Below are positions 1-9,616 of a DNA stretch of 64,000 bases, one piece after another. The position numbers were made by a program, and so were the translations under genes. Origin of the DNA: Candidatus Woesebacteria bacterium (lineage in GTDB: Bacteria; Patescibacteriota; Microgenomatia; UBA8517); the NCBI GenBank assembly GCA_013426185.1, contig CP058602.1, positions 10,231 through 74,230 on the forward strand, in the 5' to 3' direction. Each line of letters starts with the position of its first letter. The stretch's first letter is position 1. Under the pieces are notes generated by a model. That model was not told the DNA's origin, did not search any database, and worked only from the letters and a program-made list of their open reading frames with translations.

Positions 1-152
1 AAAAACGAGAATAAGCTGATTGAGCTTGCCAAAGCTGATGAGAAAGTAAATAAATGGCTTGAAGGCAAAAAAATCAAGAAAACAATCTTTGTCCCCGGCA
101 AGCTTCTGAGTTTTGTTGTCTAGACAAGCTCTTTCTGTTATCATCTTTTTAA

Positions 153-809
153 ATGCAAGATGAGCTTGAGATTATTGATTTTAGCAAAGAGGAAAAAAGC
201 AAGTTCAATTTTGATGAATTCTTGCTAAAAAACAAGCTTGTTTTGACCTTTATCTTCTTGGGAATCATTTTTGCCGGCATAGGCATTTTCTTCATCAGGC
301 AAGATTCTAATTCTTCTAAAGTTGAAATTTTGGAGCCTAAAGAGGGGACTTTGCTTCAGGAGATTGTCGTTGAGGTGGCAGGCGCGGTTGAAAAACCTGG
401 AGTTTATAAATTCCAAAGCGGGGCAAGGGTTGACGATGCTTTAATTGCGGCAGGCGGGCTTTCTTTTTCGGCAGATCGGGAGTGGGTGGAGAAGATGCTA
501 AACAGGGCAGCAAAATTAACTGACGGACAGAAGATTTTTATCCCTGATAAGCAGTCTTCTGTTTTGAGTGCTAGGAAAAATGAAGGATATCAAAATGTAT
601 CAAGCAATTTTTCGGCCTCTGGCGCTAATCTGGTGAATATTAATACTGCAAGCGCCAAAGAACTTGATTCTCTACCAGGAATTGGCCAAGTTTACGGCCA
701 AAAGATAATTGAACAAAGACCTTACTCAAATTTGGAAGAGTTAGTGTCCAAGAAGGTAATTCCCCAATCTTTGTACGAAAAAATAAAAGATAAGATAACA
801 GTCTTTTGA
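153..809 (+). CDS. comEA: Competence protein ComEA (N-terminal TM anchor, SLBB-like domain, C-terminal helix-hairpin-helix)
   Basis: Translation has an N-terminal hydrophobic anchor, 'VAGAVEKPGVYKFQSGARVDDALIAAGG' (SLBB-like) and C-terminal 'LDSLPGIGQVYGQKIIEQRPY' HhH motifs typical of ComEA. Confidence 0.8.
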   Translation: MQDELEIIDFSKEEKSKFNFDEFLLKNKLVLTFIFLGIIFAGIGIFFIRQDSNSSKVEILEPKEGTLLQEIVVEVAGAVEKPGVYKFQSGARVDDALIAAGGLSFSADREWVEKMLNRAAKLTDGQKIFIPDKQSSVLSARKNEGYQNVSSNFSASGANLVNINTASAKELDSLPGIGQVYGQKIIEQRPYSNLEELVSKKVIPQSLYEKIKDKITVF

Positions 810-810
810 A

Positions 811-1516
811 AGGTAAAAGGCGAGAGGTAAAAGATAAAAGAAATCGGCTGTCAGACATCGGATATCAGACATCGGACATCGGCTATCAGCTATCAGCTAT
901 CGGCCTTCGATTGTCGTCTATTGGTCGAAAGCTAGTCAGAAGCTAGTATTTTGTATTATGTATTATGCAGGAAAATGTATTATCCCCATAATACATAATT
1001 CATAATACTAAATTCATTATTATAATTATATTTTCCAAGCCGGGTTTGGAATCCTATTGCCAACGCGGGTCTGAGTAGACCAATTCCCAAATTTTAGATC
1101 AAAAATCAATATTCAAAGGTGTAAGTTGGTTGTTGGGTGTTGATTGTTGTCTGTTGTGAAAGTGACAAGGACGGACCTTGTCAGGTACCCTTTAAAGGTC
1201 AGACCTTTAAAGGGTCAGCGGCTATTCTCTAATCTGTAGTTTCTATTCTCTAATTCTTTATTCCTAGATCTTAAATCTAGATTCTATAATCTGTTTGTGA
1301 TTTGGAGTTTGTAAATTGTTTGTATATTGGAATTTGGAACTTGGAATTTGTTTGTGATTTGCAATTTGGAATTTGTGATTTGGAGTTTGTTTAGAATTTA
1401 GATATTAGAATTTAGAATTTGGAATTTGTATATTGGAACTTGGAATTTTATCTATAATCTATAATCTAATTAGAAGTTTTGACTTTTGAGTTTTAAGTTT
1501 TAAGTTAACTTAATTT
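811..1516. repeat. Composite low-complexity intergenic repeat array. Modules: ggtaaaagg; cggaYatcRg tandems; gtattatgtattatgcagg with its inverted partner; two palindromes; ctataatc; ttggaatttg; gttttgacttttgagttttaagtt
   Basis: Direct reading: the whole comEA-comEC spacer is built from 5-12 nt tandem units. The same modules recur in the same order at >12 other intergenic sites in this window. Confidence 0.85.
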
Positions 1517-2590
1517 ATGTTTAAATTTTTCTTTTGGCTTCTGGTTATTCTTTTGATCGTCTTTCGCTTCTTTTATCTTCGGCCCAATTTCATTGACGGC
1601 TCAAGAATTAGAATTTCGTCTGAAAGAATAGGAAGTGAGCCTTTGCGGTTTGAGAAAAGCCAAAGAATAACAATTCTTGGTCTTAAAGCTTATTTGCCTT
1701 TGTATCCTGAAATTAATTATGGAGATATGGTAACTGTGGAGGGAAGGGTAAACCTCAAGAAAAAAACGCTTGATGAGGCAAAACTTATTAAACTTGAAAA
1801 GGGCAATAGTTTTTATAAATTAAGAGAGCGATTGATTCTTTTTTATCAAAAATACCTTCCTGAACCTCATTCAAGTTTAGTTGCCGGAATGGTTTTGGGT
1901 TCAAAAGCAAGTCTGCCTTATGATTTTTGGCAAAATCTAAAAAAGACAGGCACGGCTCATGTGGTAGTTGCCTCGGGAATGAATGTTTCCTTAATTGCCG
2001 GATTTTTGGCCTCCTTTTTTATCATTTTTCTCAAAAGGCGCTATGCCTTATTGCTTTCGCTTTTGGGAATTTGGTTTTATGCTTTTCTTTGTGGCTTTGA
2101 GGCGCCTATCATAAGAGCTTCTATAATGGGTAGCCTTTCTTTCATTGCTGTTATTTTTGGCCGTATGAATTTAGCTTTAAGAGCTCTTTTTGTCTCGTTT
2201 TTTCTTATGCTTATTTTTAATCCTTACTTTATTTTTGATGTTGGTTTTATTCTTTCTTTTGCTGCAACTTTGTCATTAATTCTTTTTCAAAAGAAAGTAG
2301 ACAACTTTTTGAGATTCATTCCTTCTTTTTTAAGAGAGGGCTTTTCAACTTCTCTTGCAGCCCAAATCTTGGTCGCCCCGATACTTTATTTTACATTTGG
2401 ATACTTTTCGATATACTCGCCCCTGATAAACGGTCTTGTGCTTTGGACGGTTCCTTATATCACTATTTTGGGAATGCTTTCTGGCATTTTTTCCCTTTTT
2501 ATTCCTTTTTTGGGTAGATTTTTGCTTCTTTTGTCATATCCTTTGATTTTTTGGTTTGTAAGTTTGGTTAATCTTTTGGGAAGTATATGA
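1517..2590 (+). CDS. comEC: ComEC/Rec2 N-terminal part (DUF4131 plus polytopic competence membrane domain)
   Basis: Polytopic membrane protein with 'GTAHVVVASGMNVSLIAGFLA' ComEC competence-domain signature. The stop overlaps the next ORF start (ATGA). Confidence 0.75.
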   Translation: MFKFFFWLLVILLIVFRFFYLRPNFIDGSRIRISSERIGSEPLRFEKSQRITILGLKAYLPLYPEINYGDMVTVEGRVNLKKKTLDEAKLIKLEKGNSFYKLRERLILFYQKYLPEPHSSLVAGMVLGSKASLPYDFWQNLKKTGTAHVVVASGMNVSLIAGFLASFFIIFLKRRYALLLSLLGIWFYAFLCGFEAPIIRASIMGSLSFIAVIFGRMNLALRALFVSFFLMLIFNPYFIFDVGFILSFAATLSLILFQKKVDNFLRFIPSFLREGFSTSLAAQILVAPILYFTFGYFSIYSPLINGLVLWTVPYITILGMLSGIFSLFIPFLGRFLLLLSYPLIFWFVSLVNLLGSI

Positions 2591-3513
2591 ATATCAAGTT
2601 TTGGCGGTTTTTCTTTGGCTTTTTAGTTTTGTCTTCGGCTTTGGTTTGGCTCTTTGTCTTTCTTTCGCCTGATGACAAGTTTCATCTTGTCGCCTGTAAT
2701 GTGGGGCAGGGAGATGCGATTCTTGCTTATTATAAAGACAATCAAGTTTTGATTGATGGCGGGCCGGGGAATAGGGTACTTGATTGCCTTAGTCGTCATA
2801 TGCCCTTTTGGGATAGAAAGATTGAAATGGTCGTCCTGACTCATCCTGAGGCCGATCACTTTAGTGGTTTGATAGAGGTTTTTAAAAGGTATAATGTTGG
2901 AGCTTTTTTGGCATCTCCGCTTGAATCTAGCAGTCAAGGATACCAATTGCTAAAAGAAGAGGTGGGGAGTCGTGGGGTTAGGGTTATAGAACCGGATAGG
3001 GGTAAGAATATAGGAGTTGGTTTGATGCATTTTGTTATACTTCATCCATCGCATCAATTTTTGGCTGAAAATTCAAGCTTAGATACAACATCTCGTAATA
3101 ATCAAAATGTATCAGTCTTGGGTGCAAGAACAACTAATAGGAACTTGAATGAATTTTCAATTAACCTCATTTTAAGCTTTGGTGAGTTTGATGCTTTACT
3201 GACTGGTGATATTGTTCCTTCTGCTTCAGGTGAAGTTGAAGAGGCTTTTAAATCAGCTTTGGTGTTTATTAAAGACGGTAAGGTTGAATATCTCAAAGTG
3301 CCTCATCATGGTAGCAAAAATGGATTAACGCAGGATTTGCTGGAATTAGTAAGGCCTAAAATTGCTGTTATTTCAGTAGGCAAGAACTCCTATGGCCATC
3401 CAAGTCCTGAAATTTTGAAGATGCTTGAAAATGCTGGTGCTTCAGTTTTTCAAACTAAAGAGATGGGGGATGTAGAAGTAATCTCAGACGGCTTGAGGTG
3501 GAGGATCAGATAG
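2587..3513 (+). CDS. comEC: ComEC C-terminal metallo-beta-lactamase domain, encoded as a separate ORF
   Basis: 'LVACNVGQGDAILAY...IDGGP' and 'HPEADHFSGL' MBL-fold motifs. 4-nt overlap with the upstream ComEC membrane ORF. Confidence 0.8.
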   Translation: MNIKFWRFFFGFLVLSSALVWLFVFLSPDDKFHLVACNVGQGDAILAYYKDNQVLIDGGPGNRVLDCLSRHMPFWDRKIEMVVLTHPEADHFSGLIEVFKRYNVGAFLASPLESSSQGYQLLKEEVGSRGVRVIEPDRGKNIGVGLMHFVILHPSHQFLAENSSLDTTSRNNQNVSVLGARTTNRNLNEFSINLILSFGEFDALLTGDIVPSASGEVEEAFKSALVFIKDGKVEYLKVPHHGSKNGLTQDLLELVRPKIAVISVGKNSYGHPSPEILKMLENAGASVFQTKEMGDVEVISDGLRWRIR

Positions 3514-3530
3514 TTGTTATAGCAGCTATA
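3506..3530. repeat. Left inverted repeat / palindrome (gttatagcagctataacggttataa) flanking the four-helix-bundle gene
   Basis: The 17-nt perfect palindrome gttatagc-a-gctataac is followed by ggttataa repeats. The partner at 4075-4098 is its reverse complement with 1 mismatch. Confidence 0.7.
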
Positions 3531-3550
3531 ACGGTTATAATGGTTATAAC

Positions 3551-4075
3551 ATGCCGGGCGGTTATAAAAGTCTAGCCTTTTTTATCCAGTCCTCAATAAT
3601 CTACGATTTCACTGTCCAATTTGTTAAGCGCTATATTGAAAAAGGCTCACGCACGGCCGGTCAGATGGTTCAAGCAGCTCGTTCAGGGAAGCAAAATATA
3701 GCCGAAGGCTACCTTCAAAAAAGCTTTGAGGGTAAACTCAAGTTAATCTCAGTCTCAAGAGCAAGTCTTGAGGAGCTCTTAAATGATTATTGCGATTTTT
3801 TGAGACAGAAAAATTTGAAACTTTGGGATAAAAATAGCTCTCTTTCCCAAAGAGTAAGAAGCCTTGCTTATCAAGACAACAAAAGTTACCAGACTTACGA
3901 GAAATATCTTTTAAATCCAGAATCGGCTGCAAACGCAATGATTTGCTTTATCAACCAAACTAACAAGCTTCTTGACCAAAAAATTAGGTGGCTTGAAGAA
4001 GACTTTGTCAAGCAGGGTGGCTTTAGAGAAAACTTGTTTAGGAAAAGAAGGGAATATCTTGCCAAAAGACGATAG
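3551..4075 (+). CDS. Four-helix-bundle protein (23S rRNA intervening-sequence protein family, TIGR02436-like)
   Basis: 'GKQNIAEGY' motif and predicted all-helical 170-aa protein. Gene bracketed by inverted palindromic repeats. Confidence 0.5.
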   Translation: MPGGYKSLAFFIQSSIIYDFTVQFVKRYIEKGSRTAGQMVQAARSGKQNIAEGYLQKSFEGKLKLISVSRASLEELLNDYCDFLRQKNLKLWDKNSSLSQRVRSLAYQDNKSYQTYEKYLLNPESAANAMICFINQTNKLLDQKIRWLEEDFVKQGGFRENLFRKRREYLAKRR

Positions 4076-4098
4076 TTATAATCGTTATAGCTGCTATA
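4075..4098. repeat. Right inverted repeat / palindrome (ttataatcgttatagctgctataa)
   Basis: Reverse complement of the 3506-3530 repeat. Contains the palindrome gttatagc-t-gctataa. Confidence 0.7.
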
Positions 4099-4106
4099 AT
4101 ATTTAT

Positions 4107-5873
4107 ATGAACTTAAAACTAAAGGACCTGGTTGCTTCCTCTTTGGGGCTTGAGGCGGGCGATATTTCTCTTGAAATACCGGAGAAAGAAGAGTTTGGCG
4201 ATTATACCACCAATTTGGCAATGCAGATTTTTGGTGACTCTACGAAGCTAAAAAAGCTTCCTTTTGGATCTTTTGATTTCAAAAATCCGCAAGGACTAGC
4301 ATCAAAAATATCTGAAATCTTAAGCCAAAACAAAGAATTGATGCATTTTATTTCTAAAATTGAAGTTAAAAAACCAGGTTTTATTAATTTTTGGTTAAAA
4401 GATGATACTTTATTTAATAATTTGATATCTATAAGTAAGGAAAAGTATGATTATGGATCAAGTCAGATTGGGGTAGGTAAAAGGGTGGTGATTGATTATT
4501 CGTCCCCTAATATTGCCAAGCAATTTTCGATTGGGCATTTGCGTTCAACTATCATTGGCCATGCGCTTTACAACATCTACCAGTTTCTGGGCTACAGGAC
4601 TATTGGCGATAACCACCTTGGTGATTGGGGGACTCAATTTGGCAAGCTTATTTATATGCTTCGCCGCTACCAGCTTAATTCTCTTGATGTTAAGACTCTT
4701 GAAGAGCTTTATGTTAAGTTTCATAAACTAGCCGAAGAAGATAAAACGGGAGAGATGGAGTTTCAGGCTCGTATCTGGTTTAGCAAGCTTGAGAAAGGTA
4801 ATAAAACGGCTTACCTCACTTGGCAAAAATGCCGCCAAATCTCGCTTCAAGAATTCAACAGAATTTATGACCTTTTGGGTGTTTCTTTTGACTATATGCT
4901 TGGTGAGAGCCATTACCAATCAGAAATAAAATCAATGCTAAAAGACAAAAAGCTATTATCAGTTCTTGAAGAAGGGGAAAATGGGGCCAAAATAATCCGT
5001 CTTGATGAGTTTGGTATAAAAACGCCTCTTATGTTTCTAAAAAGTGATGGCGCAACAACTTATGCGGCGCGAGATTTAGCTTGCCTTAGGTATCGTATGA
5101 AGCGCTTTCAGCCTCATATTATTATTTATGAGGTTGGGCAGGAACAGACGCTTCATTTTAAGCAGGTTTTTGCCGCTGCGCGCAAGCTTGGGATTGTTCC
5201 TCCTGAAGTTATTCTTTATCACACTCGCCACGGTCTTTATCTTTCTTCTTCTGGTCGCAAATTTTCAACCAGAAAAGGGGGAGCTGTTAATCTTGAAGAA
5301 GTTCTAAGAGAGGCAATAGCAAAAGCAAGGAAAATTATTGAAAGTTCTGCCACTTCACGCAATCTTTCGGAAGCTGAAATAGAAAGAGTTTCAACCGATG
5401 TTGGGATAGGTGCTATCAAATACTTTGACCTTAAGCATTCAGTTGAAAGCGATATTGTTTTTGATTGGAAAAAGATTTTGGCTTTGGAAGGAAACTCCGG
5501 GCCTTATATTCAATATACTTTTGCCCGCGCTTTTAGTGTCTTAAGTAAAGCCAAGGAGGAGGGAATTGATTTTGAAAAGGAGACTTACCTTTCAAGTTTT
5601 GATTTAGACGATCAGGAAAAAAATATTATCAGGCAGGTTTTTCATTTTGGCGAAATAATTCAAAAATCAGCTGTTGAATTTGCGCCCAACGTTTTATGCG
5701 ATTACCTTTTTACTCTTTCCCAGAAATATAACAGTTTTTATGACAAGTATCCGATTTTAAAGGAAAAGGACTTGCAAAAGAGGTTTTTGCGTCTAAAATT
5801 AACAGAAGCAACAAGCTGGGTTTTGAGAAATGGCTTGAGGCTTCTTGGCATTGAGGTAATAGAGAAGATGTAG
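4107..5873 (+). CDS. argS: Arginine--tRNA ligase
   Basis: Class I aaRS with 'SSPNIAKQFSIGHLRSTIIG' (HIGH region) and C-terminal anticodon-binding (DALR-type) domain. Start moved to the ATG at 4107 (MNLKLKD); the tracked ORF from 3972 overlaps the upstream gene and the IR. Confidence 0.9.
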   Translation: MNLKLKDLVASSLGLEAGDISLEIPEKEEFGDYTTNLAMQIFGDSTKLKKLPFGSFDFKNPQGLASKISEILSQNKELMHFISKIEVKKPGFINFWLKDDTLFNNLISISKEKYDYGSSQIGVGKRVVIDYSSPNIAKQFSIGHLRSTIIGHALYNIYQFLGYRTIGDNHLGDWGTQFGKLIYMLRRYQLNSLDVKTLEELYVKFHKLAEEDKTGEMEFQARIWFSKLEKGNKTAYLTWQKCRQISLQEFNRIYDLLGVSFDYMLGESHYQSEIKSMLKDKKLLSVLEEGENGAKIIRLDEFGIKTPLMFLKSDGATTYAARDLACLRYRMKRFQPHIIIYEVGQEQTLHFKQVFAAARKLGIVPPEVILYHTRHGLYLSSSGRKFSTRKGGAVNLEEVLREAIAKARKIIESSATSRNLSEAEIERVSTDVGIGAIKYFDLKHSVESDIVFDWKKILALEGNSGPYIQYTFARAFSVLSKAKEEGIDFEKETYLSSFDLDDQEKNIIRQVFHFGEIIQKSAVEFAPNVLCDYLFTLSQKYNSFYDKYPILKEKDLQKRFLRLKLTEATSWVLRNGLRLLGIEVIEKM

Positions 5874-5875
5874 TT

Positions 5876-7141
5876 ATGAAGTACGAAAAACTCACTCTTA
5901 AAAATGGACTGCGAGTGCTTTTAATTCCAATGCCTTCTTTGGAGTCGGTAGTCTTGACTCTCTGGGTGAAAACAGGTTCTCGTTTTGAAGATGAAAAGAT
6001 ATCAGGAGTTAGCCATTTTTTGGAGCATATGGTCTTTAAAGGCACAAAAAGGCGTCCTTCAGCAAAAATTGTTTCAGCGGAAATTGATTCAATCGGGGCT
6101 GAAACCAATGCCGCAACTTCTAAAGAATGGACCAATTTTTATATTAGATCAAGAGTCGATGTTCTAGAGCGATCGTTTGATATACTTTCTGATATAGTTT
6201 TAAAACCGCTTCTTAAGGCTTCTGAGATAGAAAAAGAAAAGGGAGTGATTTTAGAAGAGATTGCGATGTATGAGGACACGCCGATGATTAAAATTTATGA
6301 TCTTTTTGATAATATTGTCTTTAAAGGTTCAAATTTAGCGCGGGATATCTCGGGCACGAAAGAAACAGTTAAGTCTTTGAAGCGGGAGGATTTTATCAGT
6401 TATCGTAGTAATTATTATTATCCTGAAAATATGGTTTTGACTTTGGCTGGTGGTTTTGAGAAAAAGAAAGCTTTGAGTTTAATAGAAAAATATTTTGGCT
6501 TTCTTGAGCCAACAGGCAAAAAGCCGCTTTCTGCTTCTGAAAAAATCTCTCAAGCAAAACCTGAAGTTGTTGTTAAAAACAAAAAAACCGATCAAGCTCA
6601 TTTGATTATTGGTTTTAAGGGCAAGCCCTATGGCTGGCAAGGGCGTTTTGGTGAGGCTGTTCTTTCCACGATTTTGGGTGGCGGGATGAGCTCTAGAATG
6701 TTTATTGAGGTCAGAGAAAAAAGGGGCTTGGCTTATTCTGTTAGAACCACTGTTGATCATGCTTTAGATAACGGTAGCTTTTATACTTATGCCGGAGTTC
6801 CGCCTGAGAAAATTAAAGAAGCTTCAAAGGTGATTCTTGATGAGTACTTTGGTTTGAGAGATAAGACTAAGAAAGTTACCAAGAAAGAACTTGAGAAAGC
6901 AAAGGAGTATTTGAAGGGGCATTTGGCTTTGTCGCTTGAGTCAACCAAAGCGGCAAGTGAATTTTTTGCTTTGGAAGAGCTTTATCTTGAGAAGCCTCAG
7001 CTTCCTGAGGATGTTTTTCGTGGCATTGATAAGGTTTCTCTTGATGATGTCTATCAAGTTGCGTCAAAATTATTTTTGAATGAGGGCTTGAATATTGCTG
7101 TTATCGGCCCTTATAATAGCAAGGATTTAAGGTTAATCTGA
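5876..7141 (+). CDS. M16-family (pitrilysin/insulinase-like) zinc peptidase
   Basis: Inverted zinc motif 'HFLEHMVFKGT' (HxxEH) near the N-terminus; ~420 aa two-domain architecture. Confidence 0.8.
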   Translation: MKYEKLTLKNGLRVLLIPMPSLESVVLTLWVKTGSRFEDEKISGVSHFLEHMVFKGTKRRPSAKIVSAEIDSIGAETNAATSKEWTNFYIRSRVDVLERSFDILSDIVLKPLLKASEIEKEKGVILEEIAMYEDTPMIKIYDLFDNIVFKGSNLARDISGTKETVKSLKREDFISYRSNYYYPENMVLTLAGGFEKKKALSLIEKYFGFLEPTGKKPLSASEKISQAKPEVVVKNKKTDQAHLIIGFKGKPYGWQGRFGEAVLSTILGGGMSSRMFIEVREKRGLAYSVRTTVDHALDNGSFYTYAGVPPEKIKEASKVILDEYFGLRDKTKKVTKKELEKAKEYLKGHLALSLESTKAASEFFALEELYLEKPQLPEDVFRGIDKVSLDDVYQVASKLFLNEGLNIAVIGPYNSKDLRLI

Positions 7142-7169
7142 CCCTTTAAAGGACAGTCCTTTAAAGGGT
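7141..7169. terminator. Palindrome accctttaaaggacagtcctttaaagggt between the M16 peptidase and ndk
   Basis: Perfect 12-bp-stem inverted repeat directly after the stop codon. Same motif family as 1187-1213 and 56484-56517. Confidence 0.4.
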
Positions 7170-7181
7170 GTCTCAAATAAG

Positions 7182-7658
7182 ATGTCAAAAATGGAACAAA
7201 CAGTTGTTTTGATTAAGCCTGATGCCCTTCAGCGCGGTTTGACTGGTGAGATTATTCACCGCTTTGACCGCAAGGGCTTAAAGCTTGTTGGTATTAAGAT
7301 GCTTAAATTAACTGACGAGATTATCAACGAGTGGTATGCTCATCATAGAGATAAGTCTTTTTTCCCTACTTTGAGAAACTTTATGGAGTGGACGCCGATT
7401 GTGGCTATGGTTTGGGAAGGGTTGGACGCGGTTTCTACTGTGCGCAAGATTGTGGGAACAACAAAGGGCAGGGAAGCAGAAGCTGGGTCAATTAGGGGAG
7501 ATTTTGGTATGAGCGGCAGTCAGAACTTGATTCACGCTTCGGATTCACCTGAGGCAGCGGAGAAGGAAAGAAAGCTTATTTTTTCAGATGATGAAATTTT
7601 TGATTATGTAAGCGCTTCTGAGTGCCTCATCTATTCAAGAGATGAGGTGGAAGGATAA
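7182..7658 (+). CDS. ndk: Nucleoside diphosphate kinase
   Basis: 'NLIHASDSPEAAEKE' active-site His region and 'GDFG' motifs. Confidence 0.9.
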   Translation: MSKMEQTVVLIKPDALQRGLTGEIIHRFDRKGLKLVGIKMLKLTDEIINEWYAHHRDKSFFPTLRNFMEWTPIVAMVWEGLDAVSTVRKIVGTTKGREAEAGSIRGDFGMSGSQNLIHASDSPEAAEKERKLIFSDDEIFDYVSASECLIYSRDEVEG

Positions 7659-7926
7659 CTTCCTATTTATCAACAATGGGTCTTGACTATATCCAAATAT
7701 TCAGATGGTGAATTTTGCCTTAGTAAAAATAATATGTTTTTAGCGTTGTGCTAGGTCAAGTAGTTTCAGGTTAAATTCTTATTATTCTGAGGTGGTTATT
7801 GGATTATCGTTTCTTTAGATAAATCATTCTTATATTGTTCTATCACTATCAAAACTTTCCGTTGCACCAAACTTTGGAAGAATATATCTTTTTCTGTTTG
7901 TTTTACGGCTAATATTGTGACCCTAT

Positions 7927-9000
7927 TTATCTATCTGAAATTTTTTGCGTCCTATTGGAAAGAATAATAGGTTGTTCGTCAGAACTGCGCTTAAATTCTC
8001 TTGGATAGTTGGTATATCTTTCCATGATTTGCTCCATAGTCATATTGTTTGGTCTTCCAGATACTCCGTTTGGCGCGGGTGGAAGTATGCGTGGTAGACA
8101 GTACCTCATTGGATCGTTTGGATAAACGGCCATTTCCATAATAGGTCGACTCGTTCCACCGAAGGCAAATTCTAAACCAATACTCTTAAGTTCGTCTGGA
8201 GTGTATGCGCAAGCCTCATATGGCCATGATAGACACTTTACTTTGATACCGAGTCGTGATTCGATTTCATCCATAGATGAGCGAAGCTCACTTAAACCTT
8301 CACTTGCTTTTACCTTTGAGAAGTCTCTGTGCGTTTCAGAGTGGCATCCAAAGCTAAAAACGCCCGAAGAAAGCGCGCTTTCGAAAGTCTTCCAACAACG
8401 ATCTTCTTTACAAACAGAGGACTCACCTTTATCCATGTTTTTTGTCCAGATGAATGAGATAAAATGCATACCGTATTCTTTGAGCACAGGAACCATGCGG
8501 GGTAAGGAGTTGAGCGATGTGTTACCAGAGTCGGTGGTAAGAATAACGGAACGTCCGGGCAAATCAAGCTCTCCGTTTAGATATCCTACCAGTTCGTCCG
8601 CTGTTACCGCATGGAAATCATTTATTGCTAGCCATTCCATCTGTTTAGCAAAATATCCTGGATCCATATAATAACCGGGATACATGTTGTAATAATCACC
8701 ATGGTACTCGAATGCTGGTATAGATTTGGCAACACCATAAGCTTCTATTCTACGTTCCAGTTCAGCTTTGGGTTTTTTCGTAGGTGCCAATTCGGGGGGT
8801 TGTGTCGGCGTGACTTTTCGAGCAGAATCGGTCGTTTCAGCTTGAGCCTCTCCATTAGTGGGTGTTGGCTGTTGAGTTGGAAATAGCGTACTAGCTACTT
8901 TAAAAACAAAAGTAGGTTTAACAAATAGCTCCCAAGTCGTCGCACCGGTGAAAAGGCCGGCAAGTCTAATAAAACCTCTTCGGTCTATTCTATCGACCAT
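7927..9000 (-). CDS. Secreted polysaccharide deacetylase (CE4/NodB-like) with twin-arginine signal
   Basis: N-terminal 'DRRGFIRLAGLFTGA' Tat motif. 'LTTDSGN' and 'GCHSETH' match CE4 motifs 1 and 2. Confidence 0.65.
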   Translation of the reverse strand: MVDRIDRRGFIRLAGLFTGATTWELFVKPTFVFKVASTLFPTQQPTPTNGEAQAETTDSARKVTPTQPPELAPTKKPKAELERRIEAYGVAKSIPAFEYHGDYYNMYPGYYMDPGYFAKQMEWLAINDFHAVTADELVGYLNGELDLPGRSVILTTDSGNTSLNSLPRMVPVLKEYGMHFISFIWTKNMDKGESSVCKEDRCWKTFESALSSGVFSFGCHSETHRDFSKVKASEGLSELRSSMDEIESRLGIKVKCLSWPYEACAYTPDELKSIGLEFAFGGTSRPIMEMAVYPNDPMRYCLPRILPPAPNGVSGRPNNMTMEQIMERYTNYPREFKRSSDEQPIILSNRTQKISDR

Positions 9001-9104
9001 GGGTGATATTATAACAAATATCAGAGTTTTTTTAAACTGTTCTTATGTAATATCACTTTCGTGATAGATGCAGATCGTGTATTTAAACTGTGAAGAAGAA
9101 TTCA

Positions 9105-9340
9105 CAACGTAACTAGAGAGCAAAAATTTATAATTCAAGTTCAAGGTTAAAAATTAAAAGTTTGAATTTGCTAGTTTGTAATTTGAAAAATTGGATAATT
9201 GTAGAATTGTTTAAAATTTAGATATTAGAATTTGGAATTTTATTCTATAATCTGTATTCTGTAATCTGTTTCTGGACAAAGTCGGACTTTGTCCGATTGA
9301 CAAGGACGGACCTTGTCAATCCTATATTTTTCCTATATTT
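9105..9340. repeat. Modular low-complexity repeat array with palindromes ggacaaagtcggactttgtcc (9274-9294) and tgacaaggacggaccttgtca (9298-9318)
   Basis: Direct reading. Same module vocabulary (ttggaatttg, ctataatc, aaagtt) as the other arrays. Confidence 0.8.
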
Positions 9341-9565
9341 TTGTTTTATAATAATTTTGTTATGTCTAAGGATAGGTTAATTGGAGACAGACCCAGTGAC
9401 GATGGAGATTTAATTCCTCATAATGGGATTAAGGCTCAAAATAAAAATGAATCTGGCGTAAAGACAGGACCGGACGATGGGTTAAGAGAAGCTCAATTAG
9501 AGGAGATTGTTTTTCCCTCACAAACTTCTGATAAAAACCGAGTTCAAGAACAAAAATCTCTTTAG
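9341..9565 (+). CDS. Small acidic hypothetical ORF bracketed by two copies of the tgacaaggacggaccttgtca palindrome
   Basis: ORF only. No recognisable domain; may be non-coding. Confidence 0.2.
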   Translation: MFYNNFVMSKDRLIGDRPSDDGDLIPHNGIKAQNKNESGVKTGPDDGLREAQLEEIVFPSQTSDKNRVQEQKSL

Positions 9566-9616
9566 CTGGTATTGACAAGGACGGACCTTGTCAAGAAACT
9601 TTGATATAATCTTTTT

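Noticed and set aside
3972-4106. The 5' part of the long tracked argS ORF
   Set aside because: It overlaps the upstream four-helix-bundle gene and translates the inverted repeat. The canonical ArgS N-terminus starts at the ATG at 4107.
8201-8671. Antisense ORFs inside the deacetylase gene (also 11346-11705, 13396-13665, 16151-16866, 31315-31968, 62182-62736)
   Set aside because: They lie opposite well-supported genes with conserved motifs. No independent evidence.
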